Below are positions 23,112 through 34,479 of a stretch of DNA of 51,137 nt, in pieces. The notes under the pieces are model-generated. The model had not been told where the DNA came from. It saw only the letters and a program-made list of their open reading frames with translations, and did not search any database. Made by a program: the position numbers and the translations under genes. The stretch's first letter is position 1. Every line of letters starts with the position of its first letter. The DNA is from Ginglymostoma cirratum (Eukaryota), in NCBI GenBank assembly GCA_024137785.1, contig JAHRHZ010000282.1:496001-547137 (forward strand), given 5' to 3'.

Positions 23112-24568
23112 GTGTATAATAACCACAAGCATGCTTCCTTTTTTCCCTCTAATTCTACCAGGAAATCTTTTCATTTCGTTCTCCCTCGTGTGTTCATCTG
23201 GTCTCCTTTTAAATTCATCTTTGTTGTGCAGTCTAGATATTCTTTTTGGTAATGACAAAGACATTCTATCTGATTTCTGGCTAAACAAAAGTCTCCTAAA
23301 ATCGTCATTGGATCCTTTTGTGCCATTTAAATTTTCTATTAAACTTTCAGTTCTGGAGTCCTCCTGAAGTGGACTATTCCACTCCAAGTTCAGAACCTAC
23401 GATGTTTTCAACTTTGTAAAGGCAACAGTCAGATTACCCATAGTATTCTCGTTAGTACAGAAAGGAACCCAAGTCTTCACATTATTTTCTGTCAGTTGTA
23501 ATCTCTCAATTCCAGCACCACAACTACAAATATTGTTTTTTTCTCGTTGTGTTTTACGTTCCTTCATTCCTCCTGAAGAGACAAAGGCCAGAATTGCGCA
23601 CCAAAAACCGGGTATTTTCTAATCCAGCTCCCGTACTTGTCTAACTTGAGTATACATTTTTACAAATTTATTCTTCCAGACATTAATCCCTCTTTTAAAA
23701 TTTAAACCCTTACCAAAAGTGAAAGTCGCCCAGACCAAAAAGGGAAGGGACAGCTGCATTGCTGCTGCTCCGGACTGCGAGGGATTTTTCTGTGCCTCAG
23801 AACCCTGCAGGCATTGGACAAAGAAAAGTTGACCATATTGTTTGTGTTTAATTTGCTGTCACCTCCTGAAAATCATGCAATAGGATGATCTGGATCGGAT
23901 GGTACGATGACGTTAAAAACCACAAGTCTGTTTTTTTATGTTAGAAGCGAGAGATAATAAGGTTGCACTCTGATGAGTAGAAAAAAAACATGAGTAAACA
24001 GAGGTAGTTGTCGTTATAGGGGAAGAGAGAAAGTTTGATCGCTCATTTGATGTAGAAACATTTCGATCTCTAATTGACCTGGGATGCAGCTTGATGTCTA
24101 ACTGAGGTGACAGACGTTTTGGCTGTTATTGAATTGAAGTAACTGGTTTCAATGAAAGAATGCAGTTGATGAAATTAGATTGAGAGATTATGTTTCACTG
24201 TCACTGTTCAGTCTCAGTTTGCAGAGGAATTGGTTCTGAGAAACTTCTAAGCGGGGCACATAGGGAAAGATATTCGCATGTCACTCCGTGTGAGCAGCAT
24301 CAAAACACAGATGGGAAAACTTACCAATGAACAGGAGAAACTAAATATTGATATGCATTTCAATGGATGACTAATAACTTCACTGTTTTTCGCCAGCCAA
24401 CTTCTCACCATGGAATTAATTGAAACCTGGAATTTCCCTAAGTTGTTCAGAGCTGATGAGAGCAGTCGTGTACAAACTGTTGTCTGATTGCACTTAGTTT
24501 GTTAAGTACTGGTAATCAATATATTTCTTCCCACATTCTTTTAGTTGTTCGTCTTGCCCCAGTGATGT

Positions 24569-24607
24569 TGTTCTTGTACGAGGCTCCCTCTGGTCTCTGT
24601 CACTGTG
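24569..24607 (-). other. 23-bp spacer recombination signal sequence
   Basis: CACAGTG (24607-24601), acagagaccagagggagcctcgt (23 nt), ACAAGAACA (24577-24569). Confidence 0.95.
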
Positions 24608-25126
24608 TCTTTCACTCCGCAGTAATACACGGCATTGTCAGACAGTCGCAGATCACGGATGGTGAAATTCCCTTCACTTTTCACATCGTCGAAATTAGCA
24701 GAAAATCGAGGCCCCACACCTTTAGCTCTGATAGCATCGCCATAGTTAGGGATGTAGATCAAGAATGTTAGGGTTTTGTCGTGATCCTGACGATATAGTT
24801 GCAAAGAATATGTACTAGCAGTGGTCGAATAATTGTAACTAATGGTCACCAATTCATCTTCAAATTTCATCGCTGAAAACGGCTCCTGGGAGATCGAGTC
24901 TGCACCACCAACACCTGCAGAAATGTATGAATACAGAACATCAATATATTATCCGTATGCTATGGTATGTAACATTATCTGGTAACTGAATACTTTCAAA
25001 ACAGAGAGAAAGTGCATTTAAAACAATATCAGTAATGCCTGTAAGTGGAAGAGTGTGTATATTTTAAGATGAATTACCAGTTATGAGAGCTGCGGTAGTG
25101 AAGAAATAGTATAGAGTAACCGACAT
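24608..25126 (-). CDS. TCR alpha/delta-type V gene segment, open frame, non-canonical (leader 25126-25078, V exon 24914-24608)
   Basis: MSVTLYYFFTTAALIT/GVGGADSISQEPFSAMKFEDELVTISYNYSTTASTYSLQLYRQDHDKTLTFLIYIPNYGDAIRAKGVGPRFSANFDDVKSEGNFTIRDLRLSDNAVYYCGVK. GT-AG phase-1 intron, no stops. Cys23 is Tyr and Trp41 is Leu. Confidence 0.9.
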
Positions 25127-25224
25127 GTTTGTATTTAATTAATGTGGGCTTGCACAAAGCAAACTGATCTTAAAATTCTTAAACTCGAGAAATGTGTTAA
25201 TTGTGAGTAACATCCGGAGCCTCT

Positions 25225-25310
25225 GCCTATTGGCTCGCGGTTGTCATTGTCAGCAGGTGCCACCCAGCAACTCACAGCTCAAACTGATTCGACAGTTCCT
25301 GACATCAGAG
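25225..25310 (-). promoter_or_regulatory. Putative V promoter: CCAAT box, CTCF-like site, CRE-like TGACATCA
   Basis: agccaatagg (minus, ~25226-25235), TCAGCAGGTGCCACC (25250-25264) and TGACATCA (25300-25307), 100-180 bp upstream of the leader ATG. Confidence 0.45.
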
Positions 25311-25344
25311 GGGCAGCAGTGAATGGAACTGGGACAGGACAGGA

Positions 25345-25600
25345 ATTAAAGCAATATTTCCCCTAAATTACTTCTGTTTGGGAGGTGGATAGAGTGAGTG
25401 GATTAGCTCTTATGCTGGTATCAGTAGCGAAGGTTTCCATTAAAGTATCTGTGCTGTGACCATCCAGATCCATACAGCTAATACAAAACGGAGTGTAGAT
25501 GAACAGTACGATTATGGCAATTTAAATTCACCGACACTGCAAAGATTTTATGGCCTCCGACTACATGAAGTTGGGAGTGATTGATAGGATTCAAAGGAAT
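25345..25600 (-). pseudogene. Possible decayed V relic
   Basis: ..VSVNLNCHNRTVHLHSVLY* (C-x12-TAG), then DTSIRANPLTLSTSQTEVI*GKYCF in another frame. Shorter than a full V; no RSS. Confidence 0.3.
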
Positions 25601-25919
25601 GATGGTTTATGAGCAGTAGATGTGAAATCGTAAACTATGAGAGCTGTGCTGTTCTGCCAGAACAAAATCACATATGCATAATCAATTAATCGATCCTTAG
25701 ACGGTTTATAACGAAACACAACATGTCTTCTCTGAATTTCAATTGTTGCTGCCGCCTGTGGAAGCATGTGCTTCGATTGGGAAAACGAAGGCTCTTTACT
25801 GTCGATTGCTACAAAGCAGAAGAAATCCACTTTTGAGTCCAGCACTTGCCTGCAGAAAATACTTAGCTAAAATGAAAACCATGAATGTTGCAATTTCTTT
25901 AATTGCATCTTCCTTATTT

Positions 25920-26060
25920 TAACTGACAGAAGAAAACACAGAGTTAACGTTTAGAGCTGAGTTAGTTCTCTTTTCATAGACATTGCCGGACCTGCTGAGT
26001 TTCTCCAGCAATTTCTGCTTTTGTTTCAGAACTCCAACACCCGCAGTTCTTTGTTTTATA
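25920..26060 (+). mobile_element. Penelope-derived mini-element remnant
   Basis: cagagttaacgttt..gacctgctgagtttctccagcaatttctg..tcaga.tccaacacc.gcagttct, related to 8785-8970 and 45710-45830. Confidence 0.6.
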
Positions 26061-26129
26061 TTACTTGAGAATTGGTTTAATTGTGATTGAGTCGGTGGTT
26101 CAATCAAAAGTCTGATTTTCACAGGAAGA

Positions 26130-26486
26130 AACTTTTAAACATTTACCCAGAATAATCGATCAATCCAATGTGTTTGCACATTCTCAGTGAAACCAGCCCT
26201 GGAGACAGATTTCTCATTTATCCTCTCCAAGAGAAAACAGATTCTGCAATACCTGCTGAATTACTGGTGGAGCACCATCTCGATAGTAGCCTTCACTTCT
26301 GCTGGTTCTGAGGTTAATTCCAGCTCCAGGCGGACAGGGTCGGTATCCCCTCTCGTGAAAGCTGGGTACTGGAAGGGACGTCGGTCGGACGTTGACAGTT
26401 CTGTCTGTTTAAAGTGTTACAGTGCAATGGATGCACATGTGCTTTGTCTGTTCAGCCTGACCATGTCAGATTCTTGCCATTTTCCT
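26130..26486 (-). pseudogene. Possible decayed V relic
   Basis: Acceptor-like aaatacag. TVTL..NCQRPTDVPSSTQL../GYRP.P.G..YYRDG..QNLFSLGEDK../SVSR..TENVQ. No convincing YYC or RSS. Confidence 0.25.
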
Positions 26487-26714
26487 GTATTTAGACAGAA
26501 TCTACAAAGTAAGTGTGGACCAGACTTGATTTTGACAACAGATGACTTGATGTCAATGAATTTATTTTATGAGGCCGATTGTTCTGTGCATGGATAGACA
26601 TGACTTCTTTGCACTGGGTGTACACTACTGATTAAAACTTGCTTCCACATGACTAACTAACACTAACTTCTGGAATGCACTGGTCAAGGAACAGAATAAT
26701 ACTTTTACGCTCCA

Positions 26715-27145
26715 AAGAAGTGGAATAGATTATAGCGCCATCTGGTGGGCCATAGGGACAAAAGAGAGGTCTGAAGAGGGGACCAGACTCCAAACGTTGA
26801 CTTTGCTGCTGCTCTGATGCTGCCTGACCTGTTGTGTTACCCCAGCTTCACATTGTGTTGATGTAGGATAAGTACTTGCCTTTACGTGTGAGAAGATGCA
26901 AGCAAGAAAAAGATTGAGACTCGATATGCTTCGAAGAAGTGTAATAGATTGGAGTGTCATCTGGTGGGCCATAAGTTTAAATACTTGGAGATAGGTCTGA
27001 CGAAGGTGCCAGAGTCCAAACGTTGACTTTACTGCTCCTCTGATGCTGCCTGATCTGCTGTGTTCCCTCAGCTTCACACTGTGTTGACCAGGGATAAGTA
27101 TTTGTTTTTACGTGTGAGAAGATGTAGGCAAGAAAAAAGATTGAG
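26715..27145 (+). repeat. Tandem duplication (period ~219 bp); each unit has a CTCF-like motif and an HHR mini-element
   Basis: Both units run aagaagt..aatagatt..catctggtgggccata..ctga(a/c)ga..ccaaacgttgacttt..aagattgag. Motifs CCACCAGATGGCGCTA (26748-26733) and CCACCAGATGACACTC (26967-26952). Confidence 0.85.
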
Positions 27146-27334
27146 TCATAGGGAGGAACATTAAGGGGAGTCAGCAGACAAAAACTGATAGATTGTAGGG
27201 AATAGACAATGGAAAGAAAGTGGTAAAAATTTGGGGAAAGACAGGCAGATTAGGCATAACTGCATGGACGTACTTATATGACCTTCCAGTGAGAGAATAC
27301 ATGCAGCGATATGGAGTGAAGATGTAAGGACTGA

Positions 27335-27495
27335 TAATCCTGGAAGCCAGAGTCAATAGATATGAAGCTGGAAAAGCACAGCACTTCAGAGAGCATCCGA
27401 GAAACAGGAGCATCAATGCTTCTGCCCGAAACTTTGACTTTCCTGCTCCTCGGATGCTTTCGGAGCTGTCGTGAGTTTTCAACTTCACACCTATT
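27335..27495. mobile_element. Penelope-derived palindromic mini-element
   Basis: Arms aatagatatgaagctggaaaagcacagcac..gcatccgaga and ..ctcggatgc..ttttcaacttcacacctatt flank cccgaaact. Confidence 0.6.
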
Positions 27496-27758
27496 AACAG
27501 CAATATGGAGTCCAAGAGACGAAAAATTAAACAGAATCAAACGAAAAATCGGTGATAAGAGTAAATTCAGAGAGCCACTTGAAATTAAACTGTGGCCACA
27601 GCAAAAATGTGCTATGACACATCAGGAAATTGTGAATATTAAAGCTTTAGCTAAGATTTGGGATCCGTTTGATTCTACGACACACAGCATTCGAAAAATC
27701 AAATGGACGGATGATGAAATCTTAGAATCTGTTTGCAAATAACTGAAATAAGCTGAAC

Positions 27759-27791
<33 letters not shown>

Positions 27792-27835
27792 GGAGAGAGA
27801 TGGGGGGGGCGCGTGTTTGTCTGTGTGTCTGTCTG
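27759..27835. repeat. (GT)n(GA)n microsatellite
   Basis: Direct reading. Confidence 0.9.
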
Positions 27836-28267
27836 TATGCTCAGGAAGAATCAAATTTCTTTGAGGCACTGCTTTGATTAACTTTGATTCTTCAAGGCTA
27901 ACTGTGATGGCGGCAGATTTCTTTCCCTCCTTTAAGTTAATGAATTGGAATCTTAAGGCGATCCAACAGTTTAATGGTCACCAGTTTAACTTCATTTCCT
28001 TGTGATAATTGATTAACTAAATTTAATTTTTTATATTGCTATCATCTGAATCTAAGTCAGGAATAATAATAGATATTTCCCGAATTACTTGCTTGGGAGC
28101 ATGACCACGATATTATTGAATTAGTTTTCCCAATATAAAGTATGATCCTCTTCAAAGTAAATGTTTCACACGATTTCCTCTAAAGCATGATCTTTTTAAG
28201 AATTTTCCAATTCGCACAGTTTCTCATACGGATTTTTTAGTCTTTCGTTATTTCCCGTCTCTGATAG

Positions 28268-28500
28268 GTAACATAGTGGTAGTTTTAGTTCTGTCTCGGA
28301 GAAGATACAGTCTGACTGGTTGTACCATTTATTACCCGATTTCCGTAACGTCATCAGATCTCCTGGTCTTAGTCAATTAAACTGTGAATTGGTGGAATTT
28401 AATTCACGTCCAGTTTCCTGTCTATCACACTAATGAACACTCTTCATTTTGTCTTAACCTCTGTAGCTGTACTTTCATCTACTACCACCCTCTGTCTTCT
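28268..28500 (+). pseudogene. GPR139-like GPCR pseudogene 4, 5' fragment of exon 2 (TM1-TM2)
   Basis: Acceptor ctctgatag, then GNIVVVLVLSRRRYSLTGCTIYYPISVTSSDLLVLVN*, homologous to the exon-2 starts at 41044 and 47869. Truncated at a CR1 fragment. A possible decayed exon 1 lies at 27260-27323. Confidence 0.75.
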
Positions 28501-28504
28501 ATTG

Positions 28505-29035
28505 GACAGTCAGTTTTGCATCCAGACAGCCAGATTTTCCTGAATCCTATGTCTCCTTACTTTCTGAAAGAGCCGACCATGTGGAGCCTTCTCGAATGCC
28601 TTGCTAAAATCAATATAAACCACATCCACTGCTCTACCTTTGTCGATGTGTTTTGTCATATTCTCAAAGAATTCATTAGGACTTGTGAGGCATGAACTGC
28701 CCCTCACAAATCCACGCTGCCTATTTCTAATCACATGTGCTTTTCCAAATAATCATAAGTACTATCTCTCGGAACCCTCTTCAATAATTTGCCCACCACA
28801 GAAGTAAGACTGACTGGTCTGTAATTTCCAGTATTATCTCTATTCCCTTTCTTGAACAAGGGAATGACATTTTCCAACCTCCAATCTTCTGGCACGACTC
28901 CAATGGAAAGTGAGGACGCAAAGATCATTGTCAAAGGGGTAGCAGTGTCTTCCCTTGTTTCTCGTAGTAACCTTGGGTATATCCCGTATGGCCCAGGGGA
29001 CATGTCTCTCCTCATGCTTTTCCAGATTTCTGGCC
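28505..29035 (-). mobile_element. CR1 LINE RT fragment
   Basis: SPGPYGIYPRLLRE..VPEDWR..NVIPLFKKGNRDNTGNYRPVSLTSVVGKLL and QRGFVRGSSCLT..VDVVYIDFSKAFEKAPH. Confidence 0.95.
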
Positions 29036-29059
29036 CATCCTTCTTCCTAACAACAACCT

Positions 29060-30316
29060 TTTGGAGCAGCAACAACCTGTTCGAGCACCGGAACAGTCCA
29101 CCCTGCCTTCACGATAAGATTATCATCACCACTATGTTAGCTTCGGGTGATAAAAGAGAGATAGCAATATTTGTAGGCAGGGCGGAAATTACAGCTAACG
29201 GGGCCTCGTGTTATCTCTAACTTATCACCTTATTTGAAAGAGATAATGAAATGGAAGGCCGTTACATTATTCCTGATACTAATGCCTTCCTCACTGGTGG
29301 TTATGCATTTAGCTAACAAGGCCCTAAACTCTGGAATTTTCCTCCTCGATGGCACCATCTCTCTCTGTCTGCTTTAGGACATTCTTCATAATCTAAATGT
29401 TTCAATCAAAGTTTCGTCCAGTTGTCTGCTTATGTACTTCCATCATATATTTGCTTTTTAAAGCTGCTGTAGAATGGATTACTGTGCAAACTAGAGATGT
29501 TAAATTAAAGTCAACTTTCTCAGTTGTGCCACAACCTGAAAAAGAAAAAAAAATCCTCTTTTGAGAAACTTATAAATCGTATCATCAGAAAGCGAATGGT
29601 TTATAAAAGTAATCTTAATTTTCAACTCACCTGTGCCAAATAATTCCAGATTGAATAGACAATTCCACATTATTAATGGTACTGTTCGATGGGAACGCAC
29701 AATGTAGCCACCACTGCATGCTACCTGATGTCACACTGTAAACTGTATAATGACTAGATGTGCTTTTGTATTTCAATGCACGTAACAGAATGACTGAATG
29801 CAAAATTGCATTTTCTGATAATCTGCTACTATTCGTGCTCAAAGACGTTTATTTTTACAGCGCAATGATTCACGATTATACCACATGACACTAAAATCGT
29901 AAGTTTGCATTTGCAAAGTTAAAATAAAACTTGAATTACAGAACTGGTCACTATTCATGCAATGTCACAGGAGATTTCATTCGTCAGAAATTTAATAAAT
30001 GCTATTCCATCAATGTGAAGCATAATACACCGAATAACGTCTAGTAATACTCTCTACAGCAAGTATAAGCACTTCATTATAATTCATTTAGCAGCTTTAC
30101 AATGCCACCTAATACTTCCAAGTATAGTTCATTCCGGTTTAAGTCCATCACACTGGGAATAGACTAATAATTTTGGGCCGATTCTGAAACAGAAGAAACC
30201 GCTTTTTAAAAAACGAATAACTTTAATGTGAATGTTTGCTTATCAGGAGCACAAAAAAAAGCCATAATATGGATAACAGATTTTTCAAAGAAGAGGCAAT
30301 TTGATGGTCCATGCAT
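29060..30316 (-). pseudogene. GPR139-like GPCR pseudogene 5: exon 1 (30316-30244) and 5' stub of exon 2 (29140-~29060)
   Basis: Exon 1 MHGPSNCLFFE..(CYP in the adjacent frame)..MAFFCAP+G, donor mutated to ataagc. Exon 2 starts after ccgaag: ANIVVMIILS*RQGGLFRC. Truncated at the CR1. Confidence 0.75.
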
Positions 30317-30789
30317 CGTGTTTTACAACAAAACCAGTTCTTAAATTGTAGCACAATTTTCTTCCAGAAATTTGTATCAATGTTCATTTTTACAGAGTGA
30401 GAGTCCGCAGACGAATAATTAAGTTCCAAAATGCACCATAGTTAACTTTCAGTGAAAGAAAAGACTACCTCATATCTGTAGCAACGTCAAAGTGAATGCT
30501 TCCATTATATTTGTAGGCGAACAGCTGACTGCAAATTCTGTGATTTCCCATTCTCACAAACCATGCCTTGGCTTCGTCATCAAGTACAGTCAAACATGAT
30601 AGATCAGAGATGCTGTCCGATTTCTGACCGAAAATAAAGTGGCCGTCTCTGCCACGTTCCCAATTAATTCGTGCTACTCGGAGTAAAATTATTGTATGTG
30701 TTTAATTCAATGGAAAGTTTGGTGATCATGGATTTGATATTGTATAAATATTTGAACAGAATTCCTCATGCAAAGATCGAGGTTAAAAA

Positions 30790-30871
30790 AAAACTAGCAC
30801 GCAGATACAGCAGCTAATGAGAAAGACAAATCGAACTTTGTCACTTACTGCCAAAAGAATAGAGTATAAAA
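30790..30871 (+). mobile_element. CR1 fragment, left part of the host of the Penelope palindrome; continues at 34227-34400
   Basis: cagcagctaatgagaaagacaaat..gaatagagtataaaa resumes at 34227 as agagtataaaagc..actagattgatccc, colinear with the CR1 3' region at 3000-3230. Confidence 0.6.
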
Positions 30872-33800
30872 TCGCTTCAGAGATAATAGAAACTGCAGCT
30901 GCTGGAGAATCTGAGATAACAAGGTGTAGAGCTGGATGAACACAACAGGCCAAGCAACATCAGAGGAGCAGGAAAGCTGACGTTTCGGGCCTAGACCCTT
31001 CTTCAGAAATGGCGGAGGGGAAGGGGGTTCTGAAATAAATAGGGAGAGAGGGGAAGCGTAGAGAAGATGGATAGAGGAGAAGATAGGTGGAGAGGAGACA
31101 GACAGGTCAAAGAGGTGGGGATCAGGTCAATAAAGGTGAGTGCACTTGGGGAGTTAGGGAGGAGATAGGTCAGTCCAGGGAGAATGAACAGGTCAAGGGG
31201 GCGGGATGAGGTTAGTAGGCAGGAGTTGGAGGTGGGGCTTGAGGTGGGAGGAGGGAATAGGTTGGGAGGAAGGATAGGTTAGGGAGGCGGGGACGAGCTG
31301 GGATGATTTTGGGATGCGGTAAAGGGAGGGAAGATTTTGAAACTTGTGAAATCCACAGAGATACCGTTGAGCTGCAGGTTTCCCACGCGGAATATGAGTT
31401 GCTGTTCCTGCAACTTTCGGGTGGCATATTTGTGGAACTGCAGGAGACCCATGATGGACATGTCGTCTGAGGAATGGGAGGGTGAGTTGAAACGTTCGCG
31501 ACTGGGAGGTGCAGTTGTTTAGTGCGAACCGAGCGGAGGTGTCCTGCAAAGCTGTCCCTAAGCCTCCACTTGGTTTCCCCGATGTAGAGGAGGCCACAAC
31601 GGGAACAACGGATACAGTATACCACATTAGCAGATGTGCAGGCGAACATATGCTTAATGTAGAATGTCTTCTTGGGTCCTGGGAAGGGGGGAGGTGTAGG
31701 GGCAGGTGTAGCACTTGCTGCGGTTTCAGGGAAAAGTGCCGGGTATGGTGGGGCTGGAGGGGAGTGTGGGGCGGACAAGGGAGTCACGAAGAGAGTGGTC
31801 CCTCCGGTAAGCAGATAAGGGTGGGGAGGGAAAAATGTCTTTGGTGGTGGGGTCGGATTGCAGATCGCAGAAGTGTCGGAGGATGATGCATTGTATCCGG
31901 AGGTTGGTGGGGTGGTACGTGAGGATGTGGGGGATTCTGTTTTGGTTGTTGTTGCGTGGAGGGGGTGTGAAGGATGAGTTGCGGGAAATGAGGCAGACAC
32001 AGTCGAGGGCTTTCTCGACCACTGAGGGGGGCAAGTTGCGGTCCTTGAAAAACGAGGATATCAGAGATGTACAGGAGTGGAATGCCTCATCCTGGGATCA
32101 GATGCGGCGGAGGCAAAGGAATTTGGAATAGGGGATGGCATTTTTGCAGGAAGGTCCATGGGAAGAGGTGTATCCTCGGTGGCTGTGGGAGTCGTTGGGC
32201 TTGAAATGGATATCGGTTTCGAAGTGGTTGCCAGAGATGCAGACAGAGAGGTCCAGGAAGGAGAGAGAGGTATCAGAGATTGTCCACGTGAACCTAAGGT
32301 TGGGGTGGAAGGTATTGTTGAAGTAGATGAGGGTGTCAGTGAAAGGAGACTGGTCGGGCCTGCGGGACAGGAAGAAGCGGAGAGCCTTTAGGCCATCAGT
32401 ACGGGGAATGCAGGTGTAGAGAGGCTGTACGTCCATGGTGGTGTTGGGGTGCCCAACACCTCATCTTTACCATGGCGTCCAGTCTCTGTACACCTGCATT
32501 CCAGATACAGACGGCCTAAAGACCCTTCGCTTCTTCCTGTCCAGCAGACCCGACCAGTCTTCCTTCACTGACAATCTTATCCACTTAGCCGAACTCGTCC
32601 TCACCTTCAACAACTTCGCTTTCAATTCCTCCCACTTCCTCCAGACAAAGGGGGTGGCCATGGGTGCCCGCATGGGCCCAAGCAATGCCTGCCTCTTTTC
32701 AGGTTACGTGGAACAATCCATCTTCCGTAGCTACACTGGCCCTAAACCCAACCTCTTCCTCCGTTACATTGATGTGCTCCCACGAGGAGCTTGAACAGTT
32801 CATCCACTTCACCAACACCTTCCACCCTAACCTTAAATTCACCTGGATCATGTCTAATACCTCTCTCTCCTTCCTGGACCTCTCTGTCTCCATCTCTGGC
32901 AACCACCTGGAAACCGATATCCCTTTCAAGTCCACCGACTCCCACAACCACCTAGAATACACCTCCTCCCCCACACCTTCCTGCAAAAATGCCATCCCCT
33001 ATTCCCAATTCCTTCGCCTCCACCACATAAGCTCCCAGGATGAAGCATTCCTCTCCCTTACATCTCAGATGTTCTCGTTTTTCAAGGACCACAACTTGTC
33101 CCCCTCAGTGGTCGGGAACAACCTCGAACGTGTCTCCCGCATTTCCCGCAAGTCATGCCTCACACTCACTCCTCGCAATACCAGCCAAAACTGAATCCCC
33201 CTCATACTCACGTGTCACCCGACCAACCTCCGTATCCAACGCATCATCCTCCGACACTTCCGCCATCTGCAATCCGATCCCATCTCCAAAGACATTTTTC
33301 CCTCCCCACCCTGATCTGCTTTCCGGAGGGACTATTCTCTCCGTGACTCCCTTGTCCCCTCCACACTCCCCTCCAACCCCACCACACCCATCACTTATCC
33401 CTACCACCGCAGGAAGTGCTGCACCTGCCCCTACTCCTCCCCCGTCACCCACATCCCAGGCCCCAAAAAGACTTTCCACATCAAACAGATGTTCACCTGC
33501 ACATCTTCTAACATGGTATACTGCATCCGCTGTTCCTGTTGTGGCCTACTCTACATCGGGCAAACCAAGCAGAGGCTTAGAGACAGCTTTGCAGGACACC
33601 TACGCTCGGTTCGCACTAAACAACTGCATCTCCCAGTCGCGAACCATTTCAACTCCTCCTCCAATTCCTCAGACGACATGTCCATCCCGGGCCTCCGGCA
33701 GAGCTACATCGATGCCGCCCAAAAGTTGCAGGAACAGCAACTCATATTCCGCTTGGGAACCCTGCAGGCAAATGGTGTCACTGTGGACTTCACAAGTTTC

Positions 33801-34226
33801 AAAATCTCCCGTTCCCCCTACCGCATCCCAAAATCATCCCAGCTCGTCTCCACCTCCCTAACCTATCCTTCCTCCCACCTATCCCCACCTCCCACCTCAA
33901 GCCCCACCCCCATCTCCTACCTACTAACCTTATCCCGCCCCCTTGACCTGTCCATTCTCCCTGTACTGACCTATCTCCTCCCTACCCCTCCACGTACACT
34001 CACCTTTACTGGCCCCATCCCCACCTCTTTGACCTGCCTGTCTCCTCTCCGCCTATCTTCTCCTCTACCCATCTTCTATCCACCTCCCCTCTCTCCTTAT
34101 TTATTTCAGAACCCCCTTCCCCTCCCCCATTTCTAAAGAAGGGTCTAGGCCCGAAACGTCAGCTTTCCTGCTCCTCTGATGCTGCTTGGCCTGTTGTGTT
34201 CATCCAGCTCTACACCTTGTTATCTC
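30872..34226. mobile_element. Penelope-like element as a head-to-head fold-back palindrome (left arm minus, right arm plus)
   Basis: Both arms encode PLE RT (MDVQ.LYTCIP; QTKGVAMGARMGP; RYID) and GIY-YIG (NVVYCIRCSRCGLLYIGETK). Centre ggtgttggg-gtg-cccaacacc (32440-32460). HHR-bearing 3' ends. 11-bp TSD agagtataaaa at 30861-30871 and 34227-34237. Confidence 0.93.
30979..31006 (-). ncRNA. Minimal type I hammerhead ribozyme (Penelope pLTR)
   Basis: CTGAAGA-A-GGGTC TA GGCCC-GAAA-CGTC: intact core boxes, stem II and a palindromic ACGT stem III. The right-arm copy (34133-34160) has CTAA. Confidence 0.75.
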
Positions 34227-34479
34227 AGAGTATAAAAGCGCAGTATTTTATCTGCAACAATTTCAGGCATAATTGAGACTGCACCTACAAATGTTGCACA
34301 AATTTATTCCCTCACCTGAAAAGGGACATTTTTTTTATTGGTGGACGTTCACGGGATGTTTACTAGATTGATCCCGGACATAATTGGTTTATCTCATGCA
34401 GATATATGTCTTATAACGTTGAAAAGCAATGAAATGCTCCCCGCTTGCGTGAATGATTGCGTTTCCAAAAGCACCCAAG

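Noticed and set aside
26715-27145. CRISPR-like repeat
   Set aside because: Two long diverged tandem units in eukaryotic DNA, with no repeat-spacer structure or cas genes.
29625-29700. Exon-like LFNLELFGT+G|gtgagt as GPCR exon 1
   Set aside because: A much better MHGP-type exon 1 lies at 30316-30244.
31193-34136. Long Pro/Ser/Thr-rich ORFs (262, 273, 215 aa)
   Set aside because: Alternative frames of the C-rich Penelope arms, not host genes.
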